A stretch of DNA of 63,927 nt, counting the filler, from Folioceros fuciformis (lineage: Eukaryota): assembly GCA_049999805.1 (NCBI GenBank). It is 8 parts of 8 records of this genome, joined end to end, with 100 filler letters (N's around TTAATTAATTAA, not from the genome) between each part and the next. Parts side by side here need not be neighbours in the genome. Positions count along the whole stretch, not along the records: positions 10,643 to 27,199 come from JBNGIO010004105.1; 7 more parts are not named here. The stretch is one strand, 5' to 3'. The notes beneath the pieces were generated by a model. That model did no database searches. It saw only the letters and a program-made list of their open reading frames with translations, and was not told the origin of the DNA. A program made the translations under genes and the position numbers. Numbering within the stretch: the stretch's first letter is position 1; each line of letters starts with the position of its first letter. Shown here one piece after another: positions 10,643 to 25,139 of the stretch.

Positions 10643-13600
10643 GTCCCCATACATTCTTAGGGCTGTTGCCGCCTTGTGACTTCACGGCACTCTTGATTGA
10701 GGCCGGGTGGGAGTCTTGGCAGGATTTTATCAGGAAATTTGAGCGGTACGGTGATTTTTGTCGTCTGATTGGAATTTTCGCCCACATTGTCGTTTGTTCT
10801 TGTTTCTTGCGGGTTTTTGGTGCTTGGTTCGCTGAGATTTTGGTGCGGGGGCGCAGGTCTGTTGCGATAGGCAGAGGTGCTGCCGGTGACTATGTAGCCT
10901 TGGATACTTCCGAGCAGAAGCAGGAAGGAGCGGCAGTCTCCACAGATGAGCGCATGGACGACCTTATCTGGCATCTTGGCACCTCCTTGAGTCTGTGATG
11001 TGTTGCTGTGGGGGATAGTATTTTTTTTTCCGAGGACCGGGCATGAGAGAGGGACCTCGGTCTTCGTAGGGAGCTGCTATGCGTTGAGACTGGTATATCC
11101 AGATTTGGTTGTTCGTGGTGGCTTTGCACCTGAGGCTCGTATTGCTGATTGAGCGATTTTTGTTGCAGCCTGACGCGTTAACGGCCTTGCGTGGCCCAGT
11201 AGCAGCTGGTATGGAAGGTGATGAAGGCGTGGGTTTGGGAATTTTGACACCAGTTTATTTGCGAGTGCTGCATACGTGTTTACCAAGGCGGATCTGCGAC
11301 GAGGCACGATGTCATGGCACACAGGATTTGCATGGAAGGTGCCAGTCGACGTGCAGGTGGTTCAAGTGCATCACCATGGATATGCATGTAAGCACGTCCA
11401 CGAAGTTTGCGTAACAGGACGCTTGTGAATGCTCAAACCTGGACGGACGTGGATCATGGTCTGCGGGCATGTCATTGCCAAACCCAGTGATGTAGCAGCG
11501 AGGGGCGGTGGCTGGTGCATTGGACTGTTCCTGCTTGCTGCGAGCGGTGTGCAACAGGGACAGGAGCCCGTGATGACGACTATTGGGATAGGACTGGCGG
11601 TGTCCATGTATTGCTTTGAGGTGGCCTGTTTTACGAACAATAGCCAAGATGGTGGGGAGTATTGAAATCGGGGAAAGCCCATGGTGCTTGGCGAGAATGT
11701 TATTGTGCGTACCGACGAGTCTCGCCTTCGGAGTAAGTTGAGTTAGAAGGTTGTGTGGCGATGGACCTGGTAGCAATCGTGCACAAGGTAGCCGAACTTT
11801 AGGATGTCCCTCCGTAGTACTTGCTGTCGGGATCGTCTCATGCTAGTAAGCACAACGAATGGGAAACGAGGTTCTCATACATAAGGTCGAACTTCCACCC
11901 TCGTTGCACACACAAATGCACTACCAGCCCCAACGAACGTGATGCTCATGTTGAACTTCCATCCTTCCGGTCTTGCTTCTAAATCAACAGTGGTTGGATG
12001 CACAGCTCTTCAGTTGGTCGGAACAACACTTTGTTCATTCGTTCCTCTGATACGCACTCTGATTACGAGACAGGTTTCTGATGAACACGAACACGTTCTA
12101 GAGCAACGTAAAGAAACGAGCAGCCAGACCCAGCTCGAGCTCTTCAGCTAGACGACGTTGGAGGCTCGTCTCATCAACTAGCTATCAGGATTGTGGATGA
12201 CAGGTGGGAAGTTTGGGTGCCAGGTCCAGCTGGGGCTTTGTTGACTTGGGCAACTTCCCCTTTCTGCCGACGCACACCTCATGCATGGCTGGCTGGCTGG
12301 CTGGCTCATACATGACAATATCTCTCATGCCCGTCCGTGGAGGAGCAAGTTGAGGACTAACACAACTTACCTCCGCACCGTGAAGCAGTCACCGGGTGTA
12401 AAACCCGACGACATCCCCTCCCCAGGACTGAAGCGTTCAGCCAGCGCTCCTGAGTGTGATTTCGAGCCGGAACTGCGGTTCTCAAGACCATCCTCGAGTA
12501 TCTTCGGCAATCTCAGCAAGAAAGGCAGAACAAGCTCCGTGTGGGGACTGCTGTTGTATAGTCAACATCAGGTTTATCCAGTGCCTGTTGCCACCATCCC
12601 CGGGGTTGGTGGCACCAGTTCCCACCTTCCTCCAGATTTCTCTTTCAGCCGTTGTGACGTGCAGCAAAACATCCAAAAGCAACGTCAGTAGGTGGTGTAA
12701 AAGTTGAAACCACGGGTTAGGGCAGCAGCGACTGGAGCGGAAAAGGCTGGCAACCTGGCAGCCAGCCTCGCCCCTCCACAGGTTTCACAACTCCCTGCAT
12801 CTTTTGCCTACCTTAGTTTACCATACTTTTGCAGCACTGACTGTGGAGCAATCAGGCACACGAAAAGGTAGCTGCGACATGGACGATACTATCTTGTGGC
12901 ATCTATCTGTTTCCCAAGGCTGGCAGCAGGCAACGTATCTATGTCACACATCCTTTCCTTTCCCCAGGCCACGCTCGGAAACAAACATGGGGATTCGGGC
13001 CCGGGTCCCAACAGGCCCTTGCCAGCCACATGCTACTGGGAGTGTGAGCTCTGCAAAACCACCCAGACTTGTGCGTGTGCGTTGTTCCTGCAACCGAGTG
13101 GGCTACAGCAGGAGCGTACACAGTACCCTCTGGGATGGCACGGCAATTAGGGCGCCGATAATGAGTGGGCTCACATGATTCTTACGTCTTGTGAGGAGAC
13201 TAGCACATGTTTTGTCACAATGCCCTTTGCATGTACGCAGCAGTCGCCAGCAGCTCGCCGGGGGCAGGGAGGGCAAAGTTGGGACCAAGCTGGTGGGGTA
13301 GGCAGTAGGCACACAATCCATGGCCCAAGTCGGCGGTGGTAGTAGACAGGCTCCAGTTTAGGGCTTCACTCGGACGTCCCAAGCCCGGGCCGACACTCTC
13401 CACCAGGGGTAGCGACTGGGTCAGCGTGGGGTCGGATCGGGAGCAGAAGAGGACAGTCCCAGTCGGCTGGCTGTTGCAATAGTAACGCTAACCCGTGAAC
13501 AAGGGCCATCCCATCGTTGCTGCCGAGCTGTTGAAAGTTCTGTCAGAGGATGCCACAGGTCGAAGTCGCATCCCGTTCGTGGTACATACACCGCGTTGGC

Positions 13601-15014
13601 AACTCAGAAAGAACCCAGACAAGGAACGGTCTCTGCCGTCCCAACATGACTCTCAACGGGACTGGCGACTTGCAGGTGAGATCCGATTCCGATGTGATCC
13701 TCCACGCTATATACATATTTTGTTGGTACAAATGTTTCTCTACTCAGTTTTCTCTTCCCTTCCATGGTCCTTTGCCCTTGGCTTGCTGGCATTGCCCAGA
13801 CCCGTCCTGGTGGCCACCTCGGTAACAGGCAGTTGGAGACCGGGGACGGCTCCGTAACTCAGTTCTCGGGACTGCAGCTCGGGGAAAGAAAGCATCGAAG
13901 TTCGGACTGGGCTGGAGCCTGCAAATGAGCAAATGCAATGTATGCAACATGCGGCCTAAAGTTGGAAATATTTGGGCATGCAAAGGGGGATGGATATGCC
14001 GGCTGGAGGCTGCCGGATGCACCCGCGCGCACGCAATGGGGCAAGGCATCAGATTCTCGTGCGCTCCACGTGTCTCAAAAAAAAAAAAAAAAAAAAAAAC
14101 GCCGTGTTTGCATAAGCATCAACTCTCAGTCACCCTCAAATGTGTGTTGTTAGACGTGCAAAAGCCAAAGCGACCGTTTTTGCAAGCACAAACGGAGATG
14201 GTGGTGCGGTAATGAATGAGCAATGCGGCTTGCGTGGTACGATGCCCTGCGTAAGCCTACGTCCTCCCCCGTCATATTAAATGCAGGGCACCGCAGTCTC
14301 CTGCTTGCATAGGAGGTGGGTACATGGCGTGATAGCCTATCTACCCGCTGCTGCTTCACAGCCAGCCAAGCCCGCCAGCCAGCCAGCCCTGTAACCTGCT
14401 ACCTGTTGCCCCTGGCCCCTGGCCCCTGGCCCCTGATCCCTGGCCTCCGGTCCTCCAGACAAAGTGTAAGTGGAAGTGTTTGGTCCCCACCAGTGCCACT
14501 CGCACGCATTAGTCCAGGCTTCCGGAATCGGAGATTACATTCCTCAGGATTTCCCTGCAGCGAGCGAGGAAGAGCGAAGAGTAGTGGGCACTGAGCACCG
14601 GGCACTGCACACTGCACACAGCACAGGCCCCGACGCTGCATCCCCGACCCTTAATGCTGTTCCGCGTAATGTGGCCATGCACATCGAGGATACGAGCTTG
14701 ATCTGCGCGACCCACGGGGGCTTGTTTGTCGGGTTTACAATGTTCTGACAGCTCCCACTCTTGTAAGCAATTCGTTCCGTACCTTCCTCCCCTGCTGGAG
14801 TGGAGTTGAGAATGCTGCCTGCCTGCCTCCCTCGTGCTACTGCCGCATCTCCCCAGTCTCGTGGCGTCCGCTTACATTTTTTACGGGGAGAGTGGAGGAT
14901 CCTCTGCCGTCCTTTTCTCGCTGTCGCCTTACCGGAGCTGAATTCCTCGTGCTTTCGGATCTGCCTGTTTGCCTGCAGCTCGCTTTCGCACCGATAGCCG
15001 GCAGGCGGCCTGAG

Positions 15015-17961
15015 ATGGCAATCGAGCAGCCCGCGCCAGCGTCGGTGGAGCAGGAGGGCAAGAAATCTGCTTCTGCTGAATCCACTCCCATCATCTCCTC
15101 GCTGGATCGATCCACCGGTCCCGCGCCTTTGCCGGTTGATGGGTGTGCCACCGAACTTGGGCTGGATGCTAGCGAGTCTGCGGAGGAGGATGCCTCGTTG
15201 CGAGAGGACCAGGAGGTCGTAGAGGAGGTGGCCGTTGCAAGGGAGTTGGAAAAAGCATCCAAGGAGCAGCAAGCGCAACCTCTGGTGGTGGAGGAAGCCA
15301 AGGAATTGCAATCTGCAAACGTGAATGTGCAATTGCCGGTTGTTGTGGACAAGAATGGCAAGCCGGCGGGTCCCAGGACTCCCAAGAAATCTCCCGGCAA
15401 GGGCTCGCCGAGGACCCTCAGTGTGGCCGTACCCAAGGCGTTGGCGGAGAAGACGCCAGACAAGAAATCCCCCAAGCTCACGTCCGCTAAGTCCCCGCAA
15501 GACAAGGGGCTGCTCACCCCTGAATCGGGGAAGAGGACGCAGGACAAGGCTGGAACTAATGGGCTTATTCCCGACCCGGCTGCCCTGGACNNNNNNNNNN
15601 NNNNNNNNNNNNNNNNNNNNNNNNNNNNNNNNNNNNNNNNNNNNNNNNNNNNNNNNNNNNNNNNNNNNNNNNNNNNNNNNNNNNNNNNNNCAAGCAAAAC
15701 CGCCTCTCAGGCTGATCACAAAACTCCAGAGAAGGGCGTCGTGAATCACAGACTCGGCCTCGCCAAGGTTGGTGCCCAGCAGACCCCAGGAGACAAGGCT
15801 TCGACCCCTTCGCCGAAAGGTAGCAAGGCATCGTCTCAGCAAAACACCCCGGAGAAGAGCGCTTCACAATCGTCCACTCCCAACAAGCTCACTTCAGGGA
15901 AGCTCTCTCCGAAGACAAGCCTGCGAATTCAGTCTCCTACCAAAAAGAGCGGCCTGTCTCCCAGGACTCCCAAGACACTCAAGACTCGCCTCTTCTCCGC
16001 CAAAGGCAATGGGAGCGCTGGCAACAGCCCGGGAAGTGAGGATGAACCGAAGACGGAAGGAGAGTCGCCAACAAAGAGATCGAGGGTGAAGCTTGCACTG
16101 GTAGAGGCTTACATGAAGGACGGGGATGATGCTCTAACTCCGGACTCGCCCAACATCGGCCCTACCTTGCTCAGGCTTGCAAAATCTTACCATGCTACGG
16201 GTGAAGGTCCGCAGAAAGCCAGGGAGTATGCCAGATATGCCGTCAAGTACTTCCAGAGCAAGGCCGAGGGGAAAGCAAGCCTGGACTTGGTTCTCAGCTT
16301 GCACATTCTGGCAGCTCTGCACTGCCGACTGGGGGAGTATAGGGAGGCCATTCCGGTTTTGGAGCGCTCTCTCACTGTGCCGGATCTGGAGCAGGGCTTG
16401 GAGCACTCTTTGGCCCTGTTTGCTGGGCACATGCAGCTGGGGGACACCTATGCGCTAACTGGAAACTATCACGATGCTGTGCAAGCATATCATGAAGCTT
16501 TGCGACTGCAAAAGGAAGCACTTGGCGACTCAGATCCTCGGTTCGGGGAAACTTGCCGCTATGTGGCCGAGGCACATTTGCAGGTAACGCCGTCCTCCAC
16601 TTGTCCTGCGTTTTCACATTCAGTTATGGTGCATTGCAGCTCTTTCATGGCCACCTGGCCGGCTGGCAGAAGGTTATGCATATTGCTTGAATGTGTGGGA
16701 TGACACGGAAAGGCTTGGCTGTACAGGCTATGCAGTTTGATGAAGCAGAACAGCTGTGCGAACAAGTTCTGAGGACGCACGGCTCGGACAATCCACCAGC
16801 TTCCGTGGAACAGGCAGCTGATAGGAGGCTCATGGCGCTGATCTGCAGTGAGAAAGGCGACTATGAGAAAGCTCTAGAGCATCTGGAGATGGCGAGTGCC
16901 ACTCTGCTAGTTAGTGGTGAAGATGCAGAGGCTGCTAGTGTCGACAACACAATAGGTGACACATACCTAGCGCTGGGACGGTACGACGAGGCAGTTTCTT
17001 CCTATCAAAAGGCACTGACTGTGCTCAAGTCCATAAAAGGAGAAAGCGATCCCACAATTGCCGCAGTCTATGTCAGCCTAGCAGAGCTATACTTGAAAAC
17101 AGGGAAATCGCGGGAAGCCAAGAGTTATGGTGAAAATGCCCTCAAGATATATGGCAGAAATGGAGTCAGTATTGGGCAAGATGACATAGCAGCTGGTCTA
17201 ACAGAGGTGGGAGCAATCTACGAAGCCATCAATGAGCGGGAGCAGGCCTTGCACTTACTTCAAAAGGCATTGCTCGTTTTGGATACTGCCCCTGGTCAGC
17301 AGAGTGCTGCTGCAGGCATTCTGGCTCAGATGGGGGTGATGTATTACGATATAGGCAAGCACGTCGAGGCCCTGAATGCTTTCAAGAGTGCTATTGTGAA
17401 GCTAAGGACGGGTGGGGAACGGAGGAAGCCCCTACTCGGTCTCGTGCTCAATCAGATGGGTCTGGCCTGTGTAGAGCTGTATGAGATAGATGATGCAGCT
17501 GAGATTTTCGAGGAGGCCAAAGCCATCCTGGAAGAAACGTGCGGTCCTCAACATTCTGATACTCTGGCAGTGTGCACGAATCTGGCGGGCACCTACGATG
17601 CCCTGGGCAGGTCTGTCTCATTTTCATGTAACATGAGCTATCCACACCTTACCAGCAAATACCGCCATGCTCTGCATCGTGGGCTCACTACCTGTGTGTC
17701 TGTTTAATGCTTCCTTGCAGATCAGATGAGGCTATCAAATTGCTGGAGTACATTCTTCAGGTGAAAGAAGAATCTCTGGGAACGGTGCATCCAGACTTGG
17801 CAGAGGAAAGGGCTGTGCTCTTGGACCTGTTACGAGCTGTCGGACGATCAAGAAGTCGCAAGTCGAACACTCTGCAAGAACTCCTTGATATTGCCCATGA
17901 AGAGAGTAGGAGATTCAGGGAGCTGGAACTAGCCAAGCAAGTTTCAACAACTTCGAGCTGA
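15015..17961 (+). CDS. KLCR: Kinesin light chain-related (KLCR/CMU-like) TPR protein; exons 15015-16583 (contains an N gap at 15591-15690), 16727-17610, 17721-17961
   Basis: Family-like motifs LHILAALHCRLG, GHMQLGDTYA, GETCRYVAEAHLQ|AMQFDEAE, AADRRLMALIC and NLAGTYDALGR|SDEAIKLLEYIL...LGTVHPD. GT-AG introns keep the frame. Confidence 0.9.
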
Positions 17962-18474
17962 GTGCAGCCGTCGAGACAAGTTCCGCTGTATACTACCTGT
18001 CTGCGTTGCTACAAGGATACCTGCTACAGCCGTACGGGTCGAGGAACCAAGTTGCATGTGTTTGAGATCTGGCCCTAGTTCCAGGACTCGGTCCTTTTCC
18101 GTTTCGATCACATTCCAAGGCCCATGAATGGATTCCATCCACTTCCGACATTTTTTTCTTTCGCACCTGTGAGTAGATATAATACTTTTGGTTGTACACC
18201 TGCTAGTACCACTTCGGACAAGTTCTCAACGACAAATGTGCACATTGTGCTCCGGGGTGAAAAGGTTGGTCGTAGTCCAACCTTTCACAAACCTACTCTA
18301 CTCGATGTCCACAAAACTCACCTCCTACCAGTCAGGGTAGAATCTACCAGCACTGAAGACATACAATTGCTGCCTCGCAGCAGTATGCAATTTGTGGTGT
18401 CCATTTCACAAAAAAGAATTATAGTGTTGAGCAGTGTAATTAGTAAACAATGAGTCTTCTTGAATAGAAACGCC

Positions 18475-20926
18475 TCACGATGGTGACCACTTCACACTTT
18501 GCCGCACACCACGATAGATGAGGCCAAGAGCCCTGCCAATTAGTCTTACAAGGAGGAAGGAGATAGCGTCTCCCAACTTCGTCAGAAGGGCACGAAGCAA
18601 AGGTCCCACAATGTCTGAGAACTCCAAATACAATGTGTAGTTGTACCTCCTGCAGGAACGGTGGTTTCAGCTATCAGTTTACTCAAGCTCACTTCATAAC
18701 ACAGTTCAGTTTGTCAAGATCATCAACACAGTCATATCATCTTACCAGCCGGATAGGGACCTCAGTTCCCTGCTTCTTCTTGCAGGCAAATTGGAGCGTG
18801 TGAGCACGAGTTCCCTGTTATCCTCTTCCATACCGACATTATCATTCTTCCGGTCCTTTCTTAGTCTTTTCACCACATTCCTAGATCCTCTTTGCAACGT
18901 CCATAGCTCAAAGCGGTCCTCATACATGGCTTCCACGCAAGCCAGATTTCTTTGAAGCCAACCACGCAATGCTACCTGCAATGTAACACTGTTCAGGGAT
19001 CTTCCTGTAAATAGACTGGGGGACCACCCATAGACACCCATTGCAGAATCACAAGCTAATCAGCATTTCCTTTAAACTGCTATACAAGAATATGGAGTAT
19101 TTCAGGCACAATCTTTGTCACACAGGTGCTACTCTCACTTCAGCTTGGCACCTCATTGCGAAATCTTTCAAGTGCTCGTGTTGATGAGAGAGAAGGCCGA
19201 AGTAAAGCTCGCCAATCGCCGATGTCAACTCCCATTACATCAGACGAGGACCGACTGACATATATCTCCGCAGCGGCATCTGCCAGCGAGATCACTAAGT
19301 CCTCAAATATGTACTCAGCATATCGTGAAAAAACTTTCGAGGTGCATAAACTCCCAGACCTTCCAACCACGAAACCAACTGTCAGCAATGACACGAGAAG
19401 TGAGCGGACAATGTATACACCTCAACGGCAGCAGGGATGAAATGATATACCTCACAGTCTGGAATCGCAGGAAAAATAGAAAGTCCACATAAAGGTCTCC
19501 CTTCCCTTTTCTCCCAAGATAATCAATTACAAATGGAGCATCTGCAACGCCCATTCCTGCATCTACAGCAGCTCTACATGCGGCAAACTCTGCCTCCCTT
19601 GGCTGCACACTCTGGTGGTCAGCTATGCTAAAAGCCAACTCTTGCGAGATACAGGTTCGGCAGGCAGGCATCACTAGGCTGCACAAGGTGTACAAGCACA
19701 AGTTGGACCAGTCTACCGATTCCAAAGACTCGCTCGATTCAGAAATACCCTTGACCTGCAACAAGCGATGAAAACAACTTGTAAGATTGCATGTCCCATG
19801 ACTTTCATCACGATACAGGATTCCTGTGCACGAAATAGAACACAGGGCGCGATACAATTTGAAAGATGGAAATGAAATAGTTCAACGTGGCGTTTGAAGG
19901 CAATGCCTGCCTCACTACAAAGTTGCCGTGAAGCAGCTCTTAGCAACCTCAGCCTGGGTCCCCTGGCGATAGCCTGTAAGCTTAGCACGGGACTCTGAGC
20001 AGGACCTTCATCAAGTTCACCATTCTCCAGCTTTACAAGAGCCCTCCCCAGCTTGGCGTCAAACTTTCTCCAGATTTCTTCACAAAAACTACCTTCCTTA
20101 GGCTCATTCCGACTGTTTCGGATCTGCTTATTCACTGACCTGCCAATGCACTTCATGCGATGTCAGCCTTTCCCCGATCCCGGTACCTACAAACTTACGT
20201 TGAGCAGCAGACACTTGAAAATTGCAAGGCCGCTTACCCATCCAAGGACCCTGACGCAGACTTCTCATCTATATCCACCTGCTTACGTTGTGGCAGCTCT
20301 ATGCTGCGCTTGAGCTGGGAAAACGAAGGTACACGAAGAGAGCTCCCTCCTGGACTGACGATCCCCGCCATAAAAGCCAGAGCAATGCTCGAACATAACA
20401 CCAACTGATCCACAACGGGACCCCATTCCGTAGCCACTACTACCGCCATCTCGGCGGGCGCAAAGTTGCATCCACACTGCGAAAGGGAACTATGCCGCCT
20501 ATACATCCGCCTAAGATTGAAAGGTGCTGCCTTCAAGCAAAGCCTCCTAGAAAGTCCTCCAACTCCTGTACGCGTATGGCGACCACAATCCCCATGGCCA
20601 GCCGTGTGCTGTACTTCTAGTGAAGAGAAAAATCCCCTACATCCTAACAAGCTCGCAGGAAACAGAACCGAGTCTGTGGAAAGCATCGGCGACCATTCCT
20701 CATTCCTCCTCGACAAAATTCGACCCCCCGGCAAACGCGTAAACAACCTTCCTGAGCTCTCCGGCACCCTCCTAGACGCGACAGCAACTCCAAATCTCTG
20801 ATTCTTTCCCCGCTCGAATCCAAACACGGAAGAATTATGCGCCTCATTCTGCGCGCAAGAAAGCAAGAGATCGCGCCCGTTGCGAGAATCCGGGAGTGCC
20901 AGGATGGATGCATGGGAAACTGCCAT
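18475..20926 (-). CDS. Multi-exon DUF3685/Ycf55-like putative plastid protein
   Basis: Exon fragments DQLVLCSSIALAFMAG, RGPRLRLL, EDLVISLADAAAEIY, STRALERFRNE|VAL..WL..N...VEAMYEDRFEL and RSRELRSLSGW|RYNYTLYLEFSDI...LIGRALGLIYRGVRQS. Stop at 18475-18477. Internal exon boundaries are not all resolved. Confidence 0.75.
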
Positions 20927-21380
20927 TTCAGCATCACAAAGGCAAAGCGCTGGCAGCTTTCTTAGCTACGGACTACATTCTACACACAATCCCCGCAGCT
21001 CCAGCTGGTGCCGAGCAGGGAAGATCTCCTGTCCACCCGCGCCGGAACTCCTCACGTCCATTGCGTCCACACCACGGCTGCAGAAAACAGCGCGCACTGC
21101 ACACCGGGCCGAGCCTGCTCCGGAATTCCATAGCCTATCATGCGCGACGTGAGCCGCTGTTCGCCAGCCTAGCCGGCGTCCATCGCCAACTCCGAAGGGT
21201 CCCCACTATCGCCAGTTCAGGTGGCTACGGCCAAGTATTTTTCTTGGGCCATCCGTTGCGCAGCGCTGCCCACTCCCGGATTGCGGTTGGGTGAAGTAAC
21301 AGGAACCCTAACCGGGGGTTGAGAACGCCTCCCAACGGCCATCACACTGCAGCTACGTCAGACAAGCAAAGAAGGCGACC

Positions 21381-21635
21381 ATGGCGGTTGCGATTAGATC
21401 CGCGTGCCTGGCAACCTCCTCCTTGCTCTCGCGATCCCGGCGCCCTCTCCACTGCAGCAGGCTGGTATCCGAAAAATACTCTCCCGACTATGAACACGCC
21501 TACACAATGTACAACCTCCCGGCCATGAAGAACCGCAAGATGAAATTCGGCATCGCAGTGTTCGGCAGCGTGGCAATGGGGGCGATGCTGCCGGTCTTCC
21601 TCGTTTGCTTCGCGCAGCGAAAGGCTAGAGGCTAG
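21381..21635 (+). CDS. Small mitochondrial membrane protein, COX-X3-like (plant complex IV-associated family)
   Basis: 84 aa: Arg/Ser-rich presequence, then YEHAYTMYNLPAMK.RK.K and a TM helix ending Q.K..G. Resembles the remembered HAKHMYNLDRMK...VPIFAVVFQQRK family. Confidence 0.65.
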   Translation: MAVAIRSACLATSSLLSRSRRPLHCSRLVSEKYSPDYEHAYTMYNLPAMKNRKMKFGIAVFGSVAMGAMLPVFLVCFAQRKARG

Positions 21636-21758
21636 CCTTGCCGAAAGCCCCAGACTCTTCATCTTGTGCACATGTAAGGCTTTTGCAAATGCATCCATCC
21701 CCGGAAGATCAGATACATCACACTGTAAGAAAGTTCATCAATACAAGTCCGGCAAGCA

Positions 21759-22447
<689 letters not shown>

Positions 22448-22479
22448 CTATCCGGTTCATCCATCATCCTGAATGATAT

Positions 22480-23200
22480 ACCAGCATGCCCCGCTGCTTC
22501 ACATGCGAGCTTACGTTTACGGGCAGCTGGTAGACTATGTCGTCTTCCTCGTTGTACTCCATGCAACTATAGCCAGGGTTCTTCCACGCGCTTGCGATAT
22601 GCGTCCGTCCTTCTTGCTCGCTGGTGCCAATACATATGTCATCAGCAATGATGACAAATGCAGGGCTAGGGCAACGGCATGTTCGAAGGTGAGCCCCAGC
22701 TCCACAGTGCCATGCTTCCGTCATAAAGCAACAAGATAGCCACAAGGGCGGGCAAACCAGGTTGCATTGGCATTCTACAGAGGAGCTGCTCTGCTGCAGT
22801 CCAGGATACTACATCGCAGGGATAGCTTGTTGTACAAATGGTCTGCATCCAAAATGATCCTCCACTTGGCAACTTCCTGGCTACAATGTTATCAACAACC
22901 ACATCCGCTCCAAGACCTATTTCTGCAGCGCCTCTATGGATTTCCTTTTTATTCTGCAGAAATTCGATTTGACCGTGTCCACCAGTGGCCTCCTCTTCCG
23001 CAAGGGAGCCACATGCTTCCAGTACACCAACAAAAGCATAAGCGACTGGCCTGACACCACCCAGTAGCATATGCCTGTACATCTGCAGGGGGTCGACACC
23101 TTTATCCTGCTCAAAATGTGCTGACATCGTAGTTGTGCCCGTCCATGACCGTGATGACAATACAGTGCGCTAAGACAACCATGAAAACACACTTCCCCCA
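22480..23200 (-). pseudogene. Degraded PLS-PPR pseudogene fragment
   Basis: Frameshifted remnants LQMYRHM...AFVGVLEACGSLAEEE, DVVSWT, LLCRMPMQP and AWKNPGYS (PG box). Confidence 0.7.
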
Positions 23201-24039
23201 CAGCCTTTCATACGGACGTAGCACACTGGCAAGGCTCCTACACTGCACCTGCGTGACAGCCAAAAGGTGGCCTAAAATCTGCTGGACTGCAGACCATGAT
23301 TGGCCAAATGCTTATGCACTTTCCTAGTCTCAAACACCGCGGCCTTCTTTGTCGGAAAAAGTCAGCAGTAGGTCCTTGTGCACGCCTCTAGCACTTCACT
23401 GGCAAACTTTTGACAAATATCGCTTAGCACAGCTGCTTGGTCTATGCTTCACCTGTAAAACTCCAGATTCTGTGGTGATCACAGACATGTTATCCCAAAG
23501 CGCACATGCGGATGTGAGCCGAGTGGGCGCTTCCTGCAGTTTTGTGTCCCAATCCTGTTTGTTGAAAGTGGGATCTAGAACCAGATTCGAGGTCTCAACC
23601 ATGGACATCGCCATTTTTCGTCAGGCACATTTCGCGTCAGCACAGGGCCATCTGTACCAAAGGCAAGCCTCCGTACATGTCACAACAGCAGGACAGTGGC
23701 AGCGTCAACTGCAGGAGCCTGGAACCCGGGGAAGGCACACAAGAATCTGGACACTTTCAACATGTTGCTCTGCCCCCAATGTTGTCTTATGTTGCATTTC
23801 GGAGACCACAGTCTTCGAGTACATCCTTCAATCTTTTGCAACATTTGTTGACAACTTGACAAACATGCGTCGTTATGAAAGGTATAGGCCAGAGACCAGA
23901 TTTCAGCATTTAGTACCTATTCAGACATCTGCCCTGCCTCATGTAGCAAATGTGCCCGCCTGCTTGAAGACGAGCGTAAGGTTTGCCAGCAGCCGATACT
24001 CTTGTTGTGGCCGGCGGTCTCCTGCCGCAAATGCGTGCA

Positions 24040-24560
24040 TCTCTTTTGGTCTGCAGGGTCCAGCTCTGGCCGGGTTTCTTCCATGCGCCTGAGATCTGCC
24101 TCAACTCGTCAATCTCCTTGGCAGAACCCCACTGGCCGACTTGCCCGTATATACTTGTCATGAGGACAGAGGAAGCTGACAAATCTGGAGCTAAAGCCAC
24201 GGCGTGATCGAAGGCGAGCCTTCACGGCTCCACATCAAGTGCCGTGCTTGCCGCTGCAAGCGAGCAGAGAAAGCCACAGGGCAAGCCAGGCTCCATGAGC
24301 ATTCGGCAGAGAGGGCTCTGCAGGAATGCCACTCTTCCCAAACACGCTTGCGAAACAGTCCAGGACCCTTCTCAATCAGGCCACCAAGACTGCGGGGGGA
24401 CAGGACGGCCGGAAATGCCACACCACCACCCGGTTGGACATGCATGCTCTTCTCGCAGTCGCCTCCCTCGGCAGCAGCGCGGGGCGGCTCCGACAAAATC
24501 GCTGCTTCGCAGCAGGGTTGTAAAAGACAGAAGGAGCAGGTGAGGTGCTGGACATCGTCA
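24040..24560 (-). pseudogene. Second degraded PPR fragment (L2/S2-E-PG box)
   Basis: GGLIEKG, AFDHAVALAP..S.S.VLMTSIY...GAWKKPGQSW, with frameshifts. Confidence 0.7.
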
Positions 24561-25139
24561 CTGCTTGCAGTCTTAGCCCACAGCGGCTATCACAGTGCTA
24601 TTGTGCATGCTTGTCAGCTTCTACAGGGCTGAAACGGTCCCTACCAGGTGATCCTCCTCCCACGGAAGCATCCGTCTCCTCGCTGTACCCAGCACAGTGC
24701 TGGGCGTCCTGTATTTTGCAACTGAACTGCCGACCTTCATGCCAGCAGAATCCACGTCTGTTTCACCATTTGGTCCAGCGGGACGCGGGCTCCCATCTCC
24801 CTGGACGCCCTCCCAAAACCCTGTGTGTGGAAATCTTGGGCGTCGATGGCCATTTCTTTGCACACGACTTGACCCTACAACGACTCATTTATTAATCTGT
24901 CAGTCAGGTACTTCACTGTTTAATTAATCTCTTTTTTTCCGAAAAGCAAAATAATCTTTTTGGCTCAATGCTTCCTGAACTAGCTACAGTTACATGCTAG
25001 GTAACTACGATCTATCAGGGACATCCCATCTCTTTCCATAAAATTGTTAAATTGTTCTTTTTATGGAGGCATCTCTCAAACTTACAATTAAGAATCCATA
25101 AGCAGATATGTTTGAAAAGAATTATCAAGAAACCACTTG

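Noticed and set aside
10643-13900. Scattered 60-150-aa ORFs, possibly a decayed retroelement or unknown gene
   Set aside because: I could not build a consistent exon chain or find a recognisable domain.
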